Shown: positions 50,502 through 59,798, numbered from the stretch's first letter. The stretch: DNA of 64,000 nucleotides from Acutalibacteraceae bacterium (GCA_045656265.1 JAZOQV010000055.1:4541-68540), one strand, 5' to 3'. Notes: generated by a model not told the origin, from the letters alone. Translations and numbers: made by a program.

Positions 50502-52601
50502 TTGGAAAAATTTATTGAAACTTTTGTTCCGTTTCTTGCTTTAGTCGGTGCTATAATTGCTTTGGTTTTTGCAATTTTTACCGCAAAGAAAATTATGAAA
50601 TTTTCTGAAGGCACTGAACGCATGCAAAAAATTTCGGCTTCTATTAGAAAAGGTGCTAATGCTTACTTAAAACGTCAGTATAAAATTGTGGGTATATTCT
50701 TTATCTGTATGTTTGTTGTAATTTCCGTTATGGCAGCTTTTGGATTACTGACTTGGTTTGTACCTTTTGCTTTTGTAACAGGTGGATTTTTCTCGGGGTT
50801 GTCAGGCTTCATCGGTATGAAAATTGCAACTGCTGCAAACGCAAGAACAGCAAATGCTTGCATAGATGGTCTTAATAAAGGTCTTCGTGTTGCTTTTTCT
50901 GCTGGTTCTGTAATGGGCTTTACTGTAGTAGGTTTAGGCTTACTTGATATTTCAGTTTGGTTTATTCTATTGAAATTTGTATTTAATTTATCGCCTGTTG
51001 ATATAACAGGTGCTATGTTAACCTTTGGTATGGGCGCTTCTTCAATGGCTTTGTTTGCCCGTGTTGGCGGCGGTATCTTTACAAAAGCCGCAGACGTTGT
51101 CGCAGACCTTGTGGGTAAGGTTGATGCAGGCATTCCAGAAGATGACCCTCGTACCCCTCCAGTTATTGCCGATAATGTAGGCGATAATGTAGGCGACGTT
51201 GCAGGTATGGGTGCCGACCTTTACGAGTCTTATGTTGGCTCAATTATTTCTGCCGCTGCTTTGGGTGTTTCTGCATTTGCAGGCGATATTAAAGCAATGG
51301 CGTTGCCTCTAATCCTTGCGGCATTAGGTATAATTGCTTCCATTATCGGAACATTCCTTGTTCGCACAGGCGAAAGCACCGAGCAAAAGCAACTTTTAAA
51401 GGCGTTAAGTAAAGGTACTAATTTTAGTGCAATTTTAATTGCAGTATTAGCTATTCCTTTAACATACTTCGTTTTAGGTGATATTCGTTATTATTTTGCA
51501 ATACTTGCAGGTCTTATTGCAGGCGTGCTTATTGGTAGCGCAACAGAATATTTCACATCAGACACTTATAAGCCTACCAAAAAACTTGCAGATACAAGCG
51601 TTACAGGTTCTGCTACCATTATCATCGGTGGTGTAAGCCTTGGTATGCTTTCAACTGTATTACCGATAATTATTATTGGCATTTGTATTTTAATTGCATA
51701 CTTTGTATGTGGTGGCGGTGCATCTGCAGCAAATGGTTTGTATGGTATCGCATTAGCTGCAGTTGGTATGCTTTCAACACTTGGTATAACCCTTGCAACA
51801 GATGCTTATGGCCCTGTTGCAGATAATGCAGGTGGTATTGCTCAAATGGCAGAACTTGACCCTAAAGTGCGCGAGCGTACTGATGCTCTTGATTCTTTAG
51901 GTAATACAACCGCTGCAACTGGTAAAGGTTTTGCTATCGGCTCTGCCGCGCTTACAGCACTTGCGTTGGTTGCATCATATATTGATAAAATTAAGTCTGT
52001 TGCTGCAAAAGCCGGCGAAACTATTGTTGAAACATTTAATATTATGGACCCACTAGTTTTAGTTGGTTTATTTATTGGTGCTTGCTTGCCTTTCGTATTT
52101 GCAGCACTTACAATGGATTCAGTTGGTAAGGCCGCACAATCGGTTGTTGTTGAGGTTCGTCGTCAGTTTAAAGAGATTAAAGGTCTTATGGCTGGCGAAG
52201 CAGACCCTGATTACGCTTCTTGTGTTGACCTTTGCACACGTTCTAGCCTTCGTGAAATGATTCTTCCAACAGTTGTTGCAATCGTTGTTCCGGTTGTTGT
52301 AGGTCTGTTGCTTGGTTACAAGGGTGTTGTTGGTCTTTTGGCTGGTGCTACTGCTACAGGCTTCTTAATGGCGATATTTATGTCAAACTCTGGCGGTGCT
52401 TGGGATAACGCTAAAAAATACATCGAAAGCGGTGTTCATGGCGGTAAGGGTAGCGACTCGCATAAAGCGGCAGTTGTTGGCGATACCGTTGGCGACCCTT
52501 TTAAAGATACATCAGGTCCTGCAATTAACATTCTTATCAAACTATTATCAATGGTATCGATCGTGTTTGCAGCACTTGTATATTCAGTCCATTTGTTTTA
52601 A
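50502..52601 (+). CDS. hppA: membrane-bound proton/sodium-translocating pyrophosphatase
   Basis: 699 aa, polytopic. DNVGDNVGD, GNTTAATGKGFAIGSAA and VGDTVGDPFKDTSGP motifs. TTG start. Confidence 0.95.
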   Translation: MEKFIETFVPFLALVGAIIALVFAIFTAKKIMKFSEGTERMQKISASIRKGANAYLKRQYKIVGIFFICMFVVISVMAAFGLLTWFVPFAFVTGGFFSGLSGFIGMKIATAANARTANACIDGLNKGLRVAFSAGSVMGFTVVGLGLLDISVWFILLKFVFNLSPVDITGAMLTFGMGASSMALFARVGGGIFTKAADVVADLVGKVDAGIPEDDPRTPPVIADNVGDNVGDVAGMGADLYESYVGSIISAAALGVSAFAGDIKAMALPLILAALGIIASIIGTFLVRTGESTEQKQLLKALSKGTNFSAILIAVLAIPLTYFVLGDIRYYFAILAGLIAGVLIGSATEYFTSDTYKPTKKLADTSVTGSATIIIGGVSLGMLSTVLPIIIIGICILIAYFVCGGGASAANGLYGIALAAVGMLSTLGITLATDAYGPVADNAGGIAQMAELDPKVRERTDALDSLGNTTAATGKGFAIGSAALTALALVASYIDKIKSVAAKAGETIVETFNIMDPLVLVGLFIGACLPFVFAALTMDSVGKAAQSVVVEVRRQFKEIKGLMAGEADPDYASCVDLCTRSSLREMILPTVVAIVVPVVVGLLLGYKGVVGLLAGATATGFLMAIFMSNSGGAWDNAKKYIESGVHGGKGSDSHKAAVVGDTVGDPFKDTSGPAINILIKLLSMVSIVFAALVYSVHLF

Positions 52602-52604
52602 TTA

Positions 52605-52639
52605 AAAAACCAAAGCCACGGTAATCCGTGGCTTTTTTC
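52605..52639. terminator. bidirectional intrinsic terminator
   Basis: AGCCACGG / CCGTGGCT stem with A- and T-runs. Confidence 0.75.
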
Positions 52640-52640
52640 T

Positions 52641-53189
52641 TTATATCTTTCCTTGTCGCAGTAGTTCATTAACCTTTAAAATTGCGGCTTGCGTTTTAGC
52701 ATCTTTAATTTCACCATTTAGTATTCTTTCTACAAGTTCGCTAATCGGCGTTTTTTGTATTTCAAGAAATTCGTCCTCATCAAATTTTGTGTTTCCATAA
52801 TGTAGGCCCTTAGCGGCATACATATATATTATTTCGCCACAGTATCCGGGACTTGGGTAAAGTTCGCCCAAATATATAAATTCGTCTGCGGTGCAACCTG
52901 TTTCTTCTTTTAGTTCGCGTATACCTGTTTCTAAAGGTTCTTCGTTCAATTTATCGCGCTTACCGGCAGGGATTTCGGTAATTACTTCCATATAGGGATA
53001 TCTAAACTGATTTACGGTTAGAATTTCTCCGTTTTCAGTAATAGGAACTACACAAACTCCGCCGCTATGCTCAATAACCTCACGTGTGCGAATAGCACCA
53101 TTGGGCAGTAGCGCATCATCAACCCTTAAGTTTATAATTCTGCCTTTGTGGATGTATTCTTGCTTTAAAGTTTTTTCTTCTAAATTCAT
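52641..53189 (-). CDS. NUDIX hydrolase (ADP-ribose pyrophosphatase-like)
   Basis: Nudix box GKRDKLNEEPLETGIRELKEETG, 182 aa. Confidence 0.8.
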   Translation of the reverse strand: MNLEEKTLKQEYIHKGRIINLRVDDALLPNGAIRTREVIEHSGGVCVVPITENGEILTVNQFRYPYMEVITEIPAGKRDKLNEEPLETGIRELKEETGCTADEFIYLGELYPSPGYCGEIIYMYAAKGLHYGNTKFDEDEFLEIQKTPISELVERILNGEIKDAKTQAAILKVNELLRQGKI

Positions 53190-53233
53190 TAGTTTTAAAC
53201 CTCTTTCATAAATATTTATATGGGGGTGCTTTT

Positions 53234-54136
53234 GTGTGTAGTTTAGTAGAGCAAAAAGGATACAATTCGGATGAGTTGCAAATTTTAATTGATAAATTAA
53301 CCAATAAATATCCTTTTTTAAATAAATTGTGTTTTGGTGGGAGTATTAGTGGTAGAAGTTTAACTGCATTAACTATCGGTAATACAAAAGATTTAACGTT
53401 GTTTGTTGCAGCCGTGCATGGAAATGAATATATAACTGCAACGTTGCTTTTAAGCTTCGTTGAGGATTTGTGTAATGCAGTTAGCAAAAATTTATTATTT
53501 TGCGGCATTGATTTTTGTAGGGCTTTTAAAGAAAACGGTGTTGCTTTCGTTCCTATGCTTAATCCCGACGGATGCGATATAGTGCTAAATAACGTATCAA
53601 AATTTTGTAAAACGCAAATAAATAAAGTAAGAAAAATTTCAGGTGGAGATTTTTCAAAATGGAAATCAAATCTTAACGGAGTAGATATTAACCACAATTT
53701 TCCTGCTGATTGGGAAAGGTTGCGAAAAATAGAAATTAGCAGAGGTATAGAAACCTATTCTTGCGGTAGATTTGGCGGCTTTTCGCCTTCGTCTGAACCT
53801 GAAACTGTTGCTATTATGACTCTATGTAAATTTTTGCGACCACGCAGCGCCATTGCATTACATACTCAGGGCGAGGTAATATATTATGGTTATGATAGGT
53901 ATAACGAGGCAGAAATTCAAATGGCAGAGATATTCTCTATGTTATCAGGTTATGCTATTTCAACCCCTGATTACTTATCTTCTTGTGGTGGTTTCAAAGA
54001 TTGGTTTGCTAAAGAGTTTAAAAGACCCGCGTTTACAATAGAGTGCGGTTTGGGAGAAAACCCTTTACCTATTGAAAATGCAGCAAAAATTTATAAAAGA
54101 ATAAAAGAAACATTAGCAGTTGCTAGCGTAATGTAA
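53234..54136 (+). CDS. M14 family zinc carboxypeptidase (gamma-D-glutamyl-meso-DAP peptidase-like)
   Basis: HGNEYIT zinc motif, NPDG, HTQGE blocks. GTG start. Confidence 0.7.
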   Translation: MCSLVEQKGYNSDELQILIDKLTNKYPFLNKLCFGGSISGRSLTALTIGNTKDLTLFVAAVHGNEYITATLLLSFVEDLCNAVSKNLLFCGIDFCRAFKENGVAFVPMLNPDGCDIVLNNVSKFCKTQINKVRKISGGDFSKWKSNLNGVDINHNFPADWERLRKIEISRGIETYSCGRFGGFSPSSEPETVAIMTLCKFLRPRSAIALHTQGEVIYYGYDRYNEAEIQMAEIFSMLSGYAISTPDYLSSCGGFKDWFAKEFKRPAFTIECGLGENPLPIENAAKIYKRIKETLAVASVM

Positions 54137-54174
54137 CTATTTATATAATAATTCTTTGTGCTTATATTGTCAAT

Positions 54175-54226
54175 AAAAAAGCGCGCTTAATACCTTTTAA
54201 TAGGTATCATGCGCGCTTCTTTTTTT
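54175..54226. terminator. bidirectional intrinsic terminator
   Basis: AAGCGCGC...GCGCGCTT outer stem with an inner AATACC/GGTAT(C) stem, plus A- and T-runs. Confidence 0.7.
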
Positions 54227-54437
54227 AGTCTTTTCTTGTAATTACATCTCTATCTCTTCTGAATAGGAAAGAAATGCACCAAATACCTGCCAAGGCAATT
54301 ACTGTGTAGATTATCCTAGCTAGTAGTGCATCAGAGCCGCCAAAAATCCAAGCAACTAAATCAAACTTAAATAGTCCAACAAGTCCCCAGTTAAGCGAGC
54401 CGATTATGGATAGAATCAAGCATAATTTATCAAACAT
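54225..54437 (-). CDS. DUF378 membrane protein
   Basis: MFDKLCLILSIIGSLNWGLVGLFKFDLV, the typical DUF378 signature. The track ORF is extended upstream. Confidence 0.75.
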   Translation of the reverse strand: MFDKLCLILSIIGSLNWGLVGLFKFDLVAWIFGGSDALLARIIYTVIALAGIWCISFLFRRDRDVITRKD

Positions 54438-54546
54438 TGTAACACTCCTTTTTTTATGGTGTAGTTGTAGTTTTTCCTCAAAAACATAATTATATTCTGT
54501 ATATAACAAAATTTATAGTTAAAAATATTTTTAAAATTTAAATTAA

Positions 54547-55089
54547 GTGAGTGATTGTGTGAACAATGTTGTGTTGTTTGGCATAACAGGTGGATATGTT
54601 GCAGACGAAATTAAAAGAATTTTAAGTTATTATGGTATTGTCGCAGTATGTGGAACAAGTGTCGATGTTACAAGCGGAAAACCAAATTTTTTAGTATTGG
54701 AGTTTTCAACAAGAATAAATTTAAAAGGCGGCAAAGGCGTAGTTGTTTTAATAGGGCAGATAAGCGAAAACAGTATTTTAGAAATCCCCGATAATTATAT
54801 AGGTATAGTATATTCAAGCGATGGTGCCGCGTTAAATCTGCTACAAAAAAATAATATAACCACAATCACATGCGGTATGTCTAGCCGAGATACATTGATT
54901 CTTTCAAGTATTGGCGAGCGCACTGCTTCGGTTTGTGTTCAACGAAAAATAATTACCTTGAGCGGAAGGATAATAGAGCCAAGCGAATATCCGTTGCATT
55001 TGAAAAATAAAATAACCGATTACGCTCTTCTTGCAGCATTTGGTATACTTCTTTTGTGCGATATAGAGCCGCTTGATATTGAATATTAA
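54547..55089 (+). CDS. hypothetical protein
   Basis: 180 aa with a GTG start. No motif recognised. Confidence 0.4.
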   Translation: MSDCVNNVVLFGITGGYVADEIKRILSYYGIVAVCGTSVDVTSGKPNFLVLEFSTRINLKGGKGVVVLIGQISENSILEIPDNYIGIVYSSDGAALNLLQKNNITTITCGMSSRDTLILSSIGERTASVCVQRKIITLSGRIIEPSEYPLHLKNKITDYALLAAFGILLLCDIEPLDIEY

Positions 55090-55197
55090 AAAATGGAAAA
55101 AGAGTTGGATTACATTTCCGCTTATATAATTAAAATATCAACACACAATACTATTGCAAACGCAAGACAACATGATAGTTAAAGGAGTGAATAAGAA

Positions 55198-55290
55198 ATG
55201 GCTAAAAACGTAGTTCCAGCAGCTCGCGAAGCTCTTAACCGTTTTAAGATGGAGGCTGCAAACGAGGTTGGTGTACCCAACCCATCTTAA
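55198..55290 (+). pseudogene. 5' fragment of an alpha/beta-type small acid-soluble spore protein (SASP) gene, interrupted
   Basis: AAAGGAG RBS. MAKNVVPAAREALNRFKMEAANEVGVP matches the conserved N-terminal half of alpha/beta SASPs. The frame then ends as NPS-stop, without the conserved C-terminal (S/T)RxNGxVGGE(I/M)xKR half. Confidence 0.75.
55266..55282. promoter_or_regulatory. candidate recombination junction (attL-like dyad)
   Basis: Perfect inverted repeat GGTTGG-TGTAC-CCAACC at the point where SASP similarity is lost, 33 bp from the recombinase stop. Confidence 0.4.
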
Positions 55291-55314
55291 AACGGTTTAA
55301 GTTACATATTGTTT

Positions 55315-56952
55315 TTATGGTTTGTCCATTTCGCCAATAAACTTATAGAAAATTCGTACTGATTGCTGGAAGGGCGAATTCCTGTGGGTTGCTTTTACCT
55401 TGCCATCAGGTAATATTTTCGGTCCTACTTCAATTCTGTCAATAAAGGTAAGTACAGTGTCGCGGTCAAGAACTTCGATATGACTATATTTCTTAGTTAA
55501 ATCAAAGAACATTTTATAGTTATCAACTTTGCTTTCTTTTGCAGCATCGTCGTTAAACTGTAAAAGTTCTTTTTTTATTTGTGAAGCTTCTTTTTGCAAG
55601 GTATCTACCATTGAATATAACCTATCATCTTCAAGGCGTCCTTCGGCGTTGTCTACATAAAGTTTATGAATTATAGTGTCAATTGTATTTAGTCTGCTTT
55701 GAAGTTTCTCTCGTTGTAGTTTTTTTGCGGCTGCTACATTGTTAGATTTTTCATCTTGCATTATGTGTTCTACAATAGAAGAGATTTCTTTATCATTGAG
55801 TGAAATCAATGAGTTTAAATCGTTGCGAACAAGTTCTAAGAGGTCAGCATAGCGTATTCTTGTACCAATGCAGGGCTCATTTATATCCTTGCGTTTATTT
55901 ATGCAAGAAAGATACCAGTATTTTTCGCGCTCTCCTTTGTAAACCGTTCCGCACGAACAAAGTGCATGACCGCAAAGAGCACAGTATGCAATACCTGAAA
56001 AGATGCTTTTGCGTACATGGTCATATTGTTGAAAATCCCTTGTACCTTTGCCCATGTTGTGTTGTGCTTTTTTAAAGATTTCTTCACTAACTAAAGGTTC
56101 ATGGGTGTTTTTTGTAATTGACCAATCTTCTTTTGCCATTGATAATTTTTTTGTAGACTTAATACTTGCTTTTCTGCTTTTACCAAGAACTGTATGCCCA
56201 AGGTAGACCTCGTTTTTGAGAATTCTTTTAACAGTTGTATAATTCCAAAGGTCAGAGACTCTTGCCGCCCCTTTTTCGCTGAATTTATCACGATACAACG
56301 CACGGTATTTTAGGGGCGGAAGCACACCGTCTGTGTTAAGGTCTTGCGCTATTTTTCGCGAGGAATCTCCGTTAGCGGCAGCATTGAAAATTCGTTTCAC
56401 AATAGGTGTTGTATTATCATCTGGAACGAGTTGATTTTTATTGTTTTCAGCTTTCTTGTATCCATAAGGTGGACAGGCACAATATAGTCCATCCTGACGT
56501 TTGGCTTTGAGTACCTCTTTTACTTTGCGTGAAACTTCACGAAGATAGGTTTCATTCATAGCAAGGTTGAAGGCGAACATCATGTTTTCTGATTCGCTAT
56601 CAAAGTTATCACCAATAGCGATGTATCTAATCCCGTTTTCCGGAAAATACTTTTCAGCGTAAAAACCCGATTCAATCATATCGCGTCCTAATCGAGATAA
56701 ATCTTTAGTGATTACAACTTTGACGGCATTTTTCTTTAGCTCACTTATCATTTCTTGAAATCCCGGTCTATTGAAATTACCGCCAGAATAACCGTCATCT
56801 ACAAATTCTCTAACGAGGTTTAAGCCGTTGTCTTCACAGAATTTAGTGATAATCATACGCTGGTTGGTGATACTTGATGATTCACCTGCTTGAGATTCTT
56901 CGCGAGAAAGTCTTAAATATGCAAAGGCCAATTTATTTTGTTCGATTCTCAT
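55315..56952 (-). CDS. large serine recombinase
   Basis: 545 aa. Resolvase catalytic domain (AYLRLSREES, DDGYSGGNFNRPGF, VITKDLSRLGRD), recombinase domain, Cys-rich zinc ribbon (CALCGH...CINKRKDINEPC), coiled-coil C-terminus. Confidence 0.9.
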   Translation of the reverse strand: MRIEQNKLAFAYLRLSREESQAGESSSITNQRMIITKFCEDNGLNLVREFVDDGYSGGNFNRPGFQEMISELKKNAVKVVITKDLSRLGRDMIESGFYAEKYFPENGIRYIAIGDNFDSESENMMFAFNLAMNETYLREVSRKVKEVLKAKRQDGLYCACPPYGYKKAENNKNQLVPDDNTTPIVKRIFNAAANGDSSRKIAQDLNTDGVLPPLKYRALYRDKFSEKGAARVSDLWNYTTVKRILKNEVYLGHTVLGKSRKASIKSTKKLSMAKEDWSITKNTHEPLVSEEIFKKAQHNMGKGTRDFQQYDHVRKSIFSGIAYCALCGHALCSCGTVYKGEREKYWYLSCINKRKDINEPCIGTRIRYADLLELVRNDLNSLISLNDKEISSIVEHIMQDEKSNNVAAAKKLQREKLQSRLNTIDTIIHKLYVDNAEGRLEDDRLYSMVDTLQKEASQIKKELLQFNDDAAKESKVDNYKMFFDLTKKYSHIEVLDRDTVLTFIDRIEVGPKILPDGKVKATHRNSPFQQSVRIFYKFIGEMDKP

Positions 56953-57140
56953 AATACCTCCTTCGACTGAATCGAACCACTATTTAAATTATACATCATA
57001 TCACTGTCACTTACAAGTGATAGTGGAATGTGTTTTGTGTTTCTCACTCGTTGCTCAATAAGCATCGAAGTTGTTTTATTTTCGTTGAAAACTCTACTGA
57101 TAACATATCTTGTATCATTAATATCTATATGGTTTCTCAT
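56949..57140 (-). CDS. small protein, possibly TnpW-like accessory protein
   Basis: 63 aa with GGAGG RBS. Its stop overlaps the recombinase start (ATGA). The TRYVISRVFNENKTTSMLIEQRV pattern resembles small proteins found next to clostridial serine recombinases (from memory, weak). Confidence 0.3.
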   Translation of the reverse strand: MRNHIDINDTRYVISRVFNENKTTSMLIEQRVRNTKHIPLSLVSDSDMMYNLNSGSIQSKEVL

Positions 57141-57398
57141 TCGATTTCCTCCTTTCAGTATTTTTTACCATTTGTTCAAATATTAAACATTTAAAAATTA
57201 AAAATAGAATTAACTAATTCGATACCAAAATTACATCTGCAATATTTTTTATGAATTCGGTACAAACTATTAACTCATAACTAGTTAGTATTAGAAGTAT
57301 ATTTATTAAAAATTTTTTGTAAAGCGCAATTATGAAGTTTTAAGCTATAAAAAGGCTTGAAACCCACATAAATACTGAGAAAAAATTTTAAAAATATT

Positions 57399-58109
57399 TT
57401 ATTTTTCTTTGTTATTGGATGAAAATAAGTTCTCGTAGTTATTGCAGCTTAATATAGAATAACGTGCATTTTTAGTTACGCTCAGAATGTTGTTTTTCTC
57501 TGCTTTGGCTATAATGTCGTAAATAACACTTTTAGATTTATTATATTTTTCTGATAATTTTCCATAGCTGGTTAGATAACCTGTATCGTTAAAATAACAT
57601 ATAGCTGAATTGTTTAAACTGTTTGGTAGGGAAGGGTCTTTATATACAAGTTTCAAAAAAAGGCTTGTAATTATATCGCAGCTATAATATTTAGCATTAA
57701 GAGATTCTAATGTTTTAATATCGCATTTTGGCACAAAAACGAAACCGAAGGATGTTTTGATGCCCTTTATTATGTTTGGGTGTCTGAAATTTTTGTTTGC
57801 TTCGGTAACTTCAAACCCTGTAATATATATCGTTGAATTTTCGATTGAAATTAATTTTAATTTGGTTAAAAGTTTTAAAGTTTCTTCAAAATCTTTTGAA
57901 TTTAATTTAAGAATATTTTGTAAATCTGTAAAGCTATCAATATGTACATATGGTTTATTTGCGCTTTTGGAAAAGGTTGATAAGGATAGTATCATTATGT
58001 ACGAAAATAAACACTTCCCAAAACCATTATTAAAGTTACAAGAAATAGTGCGAAGAATTCGTCTGGGGATTTTAATGTAATCAAATAAAATTTTTTGTTG
58101 GATATTCAC
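57399..58109 (-). CDS. hypothetical protein, possible RepA_N-like replication initiator / winged-helix protein
   Basis: 236 aa with GGAGG RBS. The N-terminal pattern (FDYIKIPRRIL...FSYIMILSLS...YVHIDSFTDLQNILKLNSKDFEETLKLLTKLKLISIE) loosely follows RepA_N architecture. Iteron-like repeats lie upstream. Confidence 0.3.
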   Translation of the reverse strand: MNIQQKILFDYIKIPRRILRTISCNFNNGFGKCLFSYIMILSLSTFSKSANKPYVHIDSFTDLQNILKLNSKDFEETLKLLTKLKLISIENSTIYITGFEVTEANKNFRHPNIIKGIKTSFGFVFVPKCDIKTLESLNAKYYSCDIITSLFLKLVYKDPSLPNSLNNSAICYFNDTGYLTSYGKLSEKYNKSKSVIYDIIAKAEKNNILSVTKNARYSILSCNNYENLFSSNNKEK

Positions 58110-58308
58110 TTGGTATTTAACCTCCTTTCTTATTATTAAGTATTAACAAGTCAATAAGCATATTTCTTTGCAGCCGAGATAAAAAATAAAAGATAAAGCA
58201 ACCGCGCTTTTCAAAAAGCCTTTATTTATGCTGAAAACTGCGTTCTGAAAGAATAATTATTAGAACTATTACAGGGCCAAACAGGTATACGATATGTTCG
58301 TTCTTTTT

Positions 58309-58430
58309 TCATCGTTCTGTCCTACCTGTTAGGTAGTATATTCAGTTTTTTAAATTTGTAAAATATCGTTCTAATCATCGTTCTGTCGACTGCATTTAGT
58401 AGTATATTTACTTTTTTTATTTTGTAAAAT
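58309..58430. repeat. two about 56-bp imperfect direct repeats (iteron-like)
   Basis: TCATCGTTCTGTC..TTAG(G)TAGTATAT..TTTGTAAAAT at 58309-58364 and 58375-58430. A third degenerate TTAGTAGGAT core sits near 58463. Confidence 0.6.
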
Positions 58431-58566
58431 TTATTGTTGAAATATTATTTTTGCGCAGTCTTTTAGTAGGATGTTTAACTTTTAAACTATATTATTAAGT
58501 ATAAGAATTCGACGTTACTTGTAAAAAATTGTTAATGCTTAAAGTGCTTTGAGCTTTGGGGTAAAG

Positions 58567-58605
58567 TAAAAAAGACTATGGCATTTTGTTGCCATAGTCT
58601 TTTTG
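58567..58605. terminator. bidirectional intrinsic terminator
   Basis: AGACTATGGCA / TGCCATAGTCT 11-bp stem flanked by A- and T-runs, downstream of the XRE gene. Confidence 0.8.
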
Positions 58606-58735
58606 TATAACGGAAACCATTTGAAAAGTCGCGTGGTTCAAAATAGGTTAATCGATGAAAATATCCTCCGCTTGTGATAGATTTGTAAAAAACTTACAGT
58701 CAAAACACAAACGTAGGATATTAGTATGGGGAAGT

Positions 58736-59014
58736 TTATTTATGTCCTATTACTTCGTCTGGAAACACAGATGCCTTTATTAAATCTTCAGGTGCAATTT
58801 CCAAAGCATCTGCAATATTATAAAACACATCTAATGAAAATCCGTATGCCATGTTGGGTGCCTCAATATTGCTTAACAATGACCGGCTTATGTTTGCCTT
58901 TTCTGCTAAGCGTTCTTGTGATAAACCGCGGATTCTTCGGAGTGTAGAAATAACGACGCCGAGTTGAATAAAACGGTCTCTATTTTTATAATCTACTTCC
59001 TTTCCCATAATCAT
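58736..59014 (-). CDS. XRE family HTH transcriptional regulator (element repressor-like)
   Basis: 92 aa. HTH LSQERLAEKANISRSLLSNIE. Divergent from the cargo promoter. Confidence 0.75.
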   Translation of the reverse strand: MIMGKEVDYKNRDRFIQLGVVISTLRRIRGLSQERLAEKANISRSLLSNIEAPNMAYGFSLDVFYNIADALEIAPEDLIKASVFPDEVIGHK

Positions 59015-59256
59015 AACCTCACATTTTGTACTAAATTAAATCCATATTAATTATACTTTTTATCATTCTTCATTTCAGCGTTTGGCGATATGCTATTGTA
59101 TATATTGGTCAGCAATCATATAATTACATCTACAAAGTCCGCCGTATGCCTGTCGATTTTTTTGTTTTAAAATATATTTTCTTACATCCTATATGCTTTT
59201 TAGTTATTTTCTATAAAATTAGCGAATAAAATAATATTTTTTTTACGTTAAGACAG

Positions 59257-59285
59257 TTGACACGACAAAATTAATTATGTATAAT
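59257..59285 (+). promoter_or_regulatory. consensus sigma-A promoter
   Basis: TTGACA, 17 nt spacer, TATAAT. Confidence 0.6.
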
Positions 59286-59401
59286 ATATGAACAATATTA
59301 GTTCACCCTGCGTCTGGAAACTCAATTGCGGTTGAGAAAACGTCAACAATCGCAAAGTTTTTATAAAAACATTTAAATTTAATTTGTGCCTGAGCCTTAG
59401 A

Positions 59402-59450
59402 GCCTGTGCCATTTAATCGCTTTTTGCGATTATGGCGCAGGCTTTTTTTT
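59402..59450 (+). terminator. strong intrinsic terminator inside a 5' leader
   Basis: GCCTGTGCCAT...ATGGCGCAGGC outer stem with an inner AATCGC/GCGATT stem, followed by T8. Confidence 0.8.
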
Positions 59451-59490
59451 AACCTCTGTACAAATAGCATAGAATTTGAGGTGATATCAT

Positions 59491-59685
59491 TTGCAAAACA
59501 CAGTGCAACTCGAAACAGTTGATGCGGAGATTGAAAAAACGCGACGACGATTTCTCTGTCCTTTATGCAATAAGCATACAGTGCTTTGGCTGCTTCCCAG
59601 TACTGAAATCAAGGATTTACCGATTAAATGTAAAAGGTGTGGAAGAGAAAGCGTTGTAAACGTCACACCCGATACTAAACCCTAA
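59491..59685 (+). CDS. cysteine-rich KTR-like zinc-ribbon protein
   Basis: 64 aa with GAGGTGA RBS and a TTG start. The CPLCNKHT...LPIKCKRCGRESVVNV pattern resembles the cysteine-rich KTR domain family of Firmicutes mobile elements. Confidence 0.5.
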   Translation: MQNTVQLETVDAEIEKTRRRFLCPLCNKHTVLWLLPSTEIKDLPIKCKRCGRESVVNVTPDTKP

Positions 59686-59767
59686 CAATTTTGCACTAAA
59701 AAAGGAAGCTAATGTAATTTCGCAGATAACCCCTACCCCTCGCAATAGACAATGTACTTATCCCTGC

Positions 59768-59798
59768 GCAAACACTATGCTCTGTGTTTGCTTAATTT
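59768..59798 (+). terminator. possible weak terminator/hairpin
   Basis: GCAAACAC / GTGTTTGC stem followed by TTAATTTT. Confidence 0.35.

Noticed and set aside
55090-55197. Attempt to assign a forespore sigma-G/sigma-F promoter to the SASP fragment (CAATACTA at 55146-55153; CATGATA at 55171-55177).
   Set aside because: No convincing -35 sits at the right spacing for the first candidate. The second is too close to the RBS. I cannot support a promoter call by eye.
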